Part shown: positions 59,822 through 64,000 of the stretch, one piece after another
Position numbering within the stretch: position 1 is the stretch's first letter
Layout: every line of letters starts with the position of its first letter
The notes under the pieces: generated by a model
What the model saw: only the letters and a program-made list of their open reading frames with translations
Told to the model about the DNA's origin: nothing
Database searches by the model: none
Position numbers and translations under genes: made by a program
Origin: Okamejei kenojei
Lineage: Eukaryota
DNA: 64,000 nucleotides
NCBI GenBank assembly: GCA_035221665.1
Contig: CM069151.1
Coordinates: 33,852,001-33,916,000 of the forward strand
Direction of reading: 5' to 3'

Positions 59822-60893
59822 GTAAGTTGGTGAGAGGTAGGTGGGGGGGAATAGAAAGGTATAAAAGAGAAAGACAATGCCAACTATAGTTAATCTGCTC
59901 ATCCTTGCCACCCTCAGTCAACCCCCAGTGAAATGGCCACATCTCATTCATCTGCAGTTGAAGGAAGAGACTGATCCTCATCAGGATGGCAGCAAAGGTG
60001 GCATGTACCATCCAATACACTACAGGATAATTAATACATTTTGTTTTTTCCTTAATAAACTAGTGACACCAACTGGAAGAGAACAGTGCCTTGCAAATCA
60101 TTATTGGATTGAATGAAACTGTGAATGAATCATCATTTATTTAAGGAATTGTCTTGCACATTAACAAGTCTTGTTTTGAGAGGTCTTCCATTTCTGGCTA
60201 GTTTGGAGTAATTTCCCACCAGTGCTTGCAGCACATTATCTCGTGTTGGAGTTGGATCAAAATTTGACCCAGCATTGTGGACAAGTTAGTGCTCGGCATT
60301 TGCCATTTGCCTCAAATATGCCAGATAGATTCTCTGTATAGATATAGAAATGTAAAAGAGATTGAGACAGATAGTTCTGACAGCAAATGTAAAATAACCA
60401 AGTCTTACTAACGTAACATTTGACAATAAGTCTCTGATATTGTACTAAAGTACTGAAACTGATGGATATCTAGAGATTTAAACAGGAGATGCTAGAAATA
60501 CTTAGCACTGGGTGAAGACGTGTGAGAGTGTGAAGATTTGTGGAAAGAATAACATTTTCTGCCCAGAGTCAGACCTTCATTTTGCAGCAGGGCTGTTGTA
60601 ACATCCTTAATCCACCCGTGGAACCCTGAGCATTTTGACGAGATTTTGAGACCATGTCTGTGGCACTAACTTGAGGAGAAAATATAGATTAGGTTATTGG
60701 AGGGAGAAAATGCAGGGGTGGTAAATTTTAAAGTGGAAACTTTATAAAGAATTTTGGAGAACTGGGGGAATTCTAGAGTGCAGGAACAAATTGAGAGAGA
60801 TTGAGATCTCATGCACAAGGAGCCAGTACGAGGGGACTGCATTGCACAGAGGTGGGGTAAGGAAGGGCGTGAAGTACTTACTGTTGAGGATAA

Positions 60894-61434
60894 AGGGGCT
60901 GTACCACTGCGGCGACCTAATTGGCGAGTTTAGGAGAGTTTGAAAAAGTGTCATGTTTGAAGACCTCTTTCGACTATGTACAAGACCTCCTTCGACCTCC
61001 TTTGACTATGTTGAAGACTAGCTTCGACTAGTTACGGGAAAAGTGGACACCGAATAGTGGAGAGTGAAGACGACCTCCCTTCGACCTCCCTTCGACTATA
61101 TTGAAGACTATCTACGACTACCTTCGATTACCTTCGACTACCCTCGATTACCTATGAATAACATGCCGACCTACTACAACCTACTTCGACTAATAAAAAA
61201 TATAATAATATCAATTTTTTTCCATGGCGACTTTTTTTTACTCGCGGGCATTTTTCAGCATGTTGAAAAATACGCCACGACCTAGCTGAGGCCTCGAGTA
61301 CGCGGGGACTACTCTCGAGCATGAAGGAGAGTTACAAAGACCTCCTAGGACCTCGTGTCGACCATGCTGCGAGTATGTGTCGAGGCCAAACTCTTCTAAA
61401 CTCGCCAATTAGGTTGCCGCAGTAGGAAGTCCCT
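60894..61434. mobile_element. PIF/Harbinger-type MITE
   Basis: About 50-bp imperfect TIRs (gcggcgacctaattggcgagttta / taaactcgccaattaggttgccgc), TAA TSD, internal ttcgact repeats. Confidence 0.8.
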
Positions 61435-61928
61435 TAAGGAAATAATATCAAATTAGAGAAGGGAAGGGCAAGACGTGGAGTTTAAAAACGTGGAGACGTG
61501 GAGTTTAAAACATGGCTCTGTTTCAGTGGAATGTCTGTTTTTTGTAGGGCTTGAGCCAACATGGAAGTCAGGAAGAGAACAGCCTCTGATAATGCATTTA
61601 GTGTTCTGGCTTTTGGGAGATTTGATGAGACGCCTAGTCTTGAGCACACAAAGGTGGGTTGTGTGATTGACAGGATTATAATAGTTATTAAGCCAGAAAT
61701 TATAAATAAGCGGATTTTAAATTAGAGGTGATAATTTAACATCTTGGTGTTAAATAATTTGTTCTAATTATGGTGTAATAGTGCAGATTCGTGAAAGGAA
61801 CACAGTCTGATTTAACATATCTATTTAAACATTTATGTTCATATTTTCATTTTTCATGACAATACGAACAACCCTACCTCACTAGGTTAGACCCCTACAC
61901 TAGCGGATTATTATATCTTTCTCTAGGA

Positions 61929-62164
61929 CAGTGGTTCTCAACCTTGTTTGCCCCATGCACCGCTTTCACCATATGTCAGAATGTCATTCCCCCCCTCCTT
62001 TCCAAGATTGCCTGCCTCAAAAAGTGCATTCCAAATAATATGCAAAGGCAATAAAACGATCAACATTCTAACAGTTTGAGTTTGCTAATCTGTGGTCCCA
62101 GTTCCCCCCCTGAAAACCTGAAATCCCCCCCTGGGGGGAATTCCCCCCTGGTTGAGAACCCCTG
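61929..62164. mobile_element. hAT-Charlie-type MITE
   Basis: TIR cagtggttctcaacc / ggttgagaacccctg; 8-bp TSD ctctagga. Confidence 0.88.
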
Positions 62165-62539
62165 CTCTAGGATATACACCCCTCGTAGAACATCTGTGTT
62201 AAGTCTATAGTTAACTTTCATTAATTATATGTGTATGTAATTAACATCATAATAATATATTTTTTCTGCATTTTACTATACCCCTGTTGTGCTATTATCC
62301 AGTAGCTGTGGCATAATTCGGAAGACTTCTTTCCTTCCTTTATCAAAGGCATCAGAGATTTCAAATTGTTAACAATTATAGAATTCCATTCTGCCTCTGG
62401 ATCTTCCATCACTTTCTCATCTCTCTCCCTCATCTTGTTCATTATCATGTTTTCACTATCCCTTTTATTTCTCCACTGATCTTGAATGATCAGTCTTTAG
62501 CGAAAGCTTCAACTTTATCACTTATACCCCACTTCAATG

Positions 62540-63960
62540 AATTCTATCACCTTCATTTTGCTGATAGTTTCCACCCAGGTCTCACTTTCACATGATCCAT
62601 CTTTCATTTCCCTTACCGTTCTCAATTTCCCAATTCAGGGGATAGATTGTTGGCCAGTATTCTATACAAGCCTACAGTCTCACACAACTATCTATGATTA
62701 TACCTCCTCTAAACCTATTTCCTGTATAGAGTACATTCCATGTTCCCAGTTTCTACTGTTCAATTGTATCTGTTCTGATGATGATGCTTTCCATGCCTTC
62801 CTTTCTCCATAAACACAATTTCCCTTCACCTACTGTTCCCTTACCTATACTTCTGCCCTCACCCTCTCTCCTCCCAGAAAAGTTTCCTTTCGTCCTCCCT
62901 TCCATCTTCCATGTTCAATGGATCATTCCCTGCAATGTCCACACCTGGTGTCAGGACAACAGCCTCCTCTTGAATCTCACAAATACTAAGGAGCTGATTG
63001 TGGACTTTAGAAAGGCTCAACATCCGAGGACATACATGCCACTGGAGACAAATGGGACTACGGTGGATAGGGTGAACCTTTACCACCTCAGGCAGCTGAG
63101 GAAATTCAGAGTCTCTCTGAGGATCCTTCAGTGCTTCTACTCTGGGGCTGTAGAAAGCATCTTGTCCGGCAACATCTCAATCTGGTTTGGGAACAGCTCT
63201 GCCCAGAACAGGAAGGCTCTGCAGAGAGTTGTGAGTTCAGCCGAACGCACTATGGAAACTACACTCGCCCCCCTGCAGGACCTATACACCAGGAGGTGCA
63301 GATCCAGAGCTAGCAACATTATGAGGGACCCCTACCATCCCAGCAATGGACTGTTCCAGCTGCTACGGTCAGGCAAGCGCCTCCGCTGTCATGCTGTGAA
63401 AACAGAGAGGATGAGACGGAGTTTCTTCCCACAGGCCATCAGGACTGTAAACTCTTATCTCACCAGGGACTGATTTACTGTTGTGTTGTGTCTTTTTTTC
63501 TAAAATGTAAATACTGGTTCTGTTCTATTCTGTTCTGTTGCTTTTTGCACAATCCGCAGACATTGCCACTTTCATTTCACTGCACATCTTGTACGTGAAT
63601 GTGACAAATAAAGTTGACTTGACTTGATCTTCAATAGAATGCCATTGTCAGATGCATTTTTCCCTCCACTCTCCTTAAAGCATTCAGAAGTAAATGCTCC
63701 TTCTACAAACCTCTGGATACTCTCCAATTTCTATCAATCACTTCCTTTCATGTAGAACCATCCCATGCAAGTGCCCTTTTAACTTTTCTCTTTAAGCCCA
63801 ACAGTAAGCCAAATACTCCTTCCAGTTGCAAAATCTATTCCATTTGTACTGTTTTCAATTTAGAGTAGTACCTTAGACAATCACAATGTTGTCTCCTGTA
63901 GATTGGAGAAAATGCAGATTAATTGACAGCTTTGCAGAATATTTATATTATCTACTTAAG
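62540..63960 (+). mobile_element. Decayed Penelope-like retroelement (RT C-terminus / GIY-YIG remnants)
   Basis: YDYTSS..IPCSQFL..ICSDDDAFH in ORF 62537-62812; xIGE-like remnant near 63900. Confidence 0.55.
62943..63630 (+). mobile_element. Rex1/Babar LINE 3' fragment inserted in a decayed Penelope element
   Basis: ORF 62778-63473 WCQDNSLLLN...LQRVV...SFFPQAIR; AATAAA and gactt tail. Confidence 0.85.
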
Positions 63961-64000
63961 GTGACCAGTCACTTTTCACTTTAATTCTCTATTTCATTCC

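Overview
Eukaryotic vertebrate genomic DNA. The repeat content (HE1/V-SINE-type tRNA SINEs, CR1 and Rex1/Babar LINE fragments, Penelope-derived elements) points to a cartilaginous fish, probably a skate or ray; this is inference. There are two N gaps. One + strand multi-exon gene can be reconstructed by eye across about 17.9-59.8 kb: 13 phase-compatible exons, 3690 nt, 1230 codons, continuing past the last exon found. Its N-terminus carries SLMAP/TRAF3IP3-type coiled-coil exons and its C-terminus is CCDC136-type. Between them lie three exactly 60-nt exons and a 1968-nt exon containing 55 strictly in-register 10-aa repeats. Intronic and intergenic DNA is dense with transposable elements: a family of short Penelope-type elements carrying minimal hammerhead-ribozyme cores (often as fold-back palindromes with TSDs), hAT/Harbinger/P-like MITEs, a Helitron-like element carrying a duplicated TATA-Inr promoter cassette, and an AT-rich L2/Crack-type LINE. 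Most short ORFs in the track are TE fragments or noise. Homology calls come from recalled family sequences, not database searches, and most TE boundaries are approximate.
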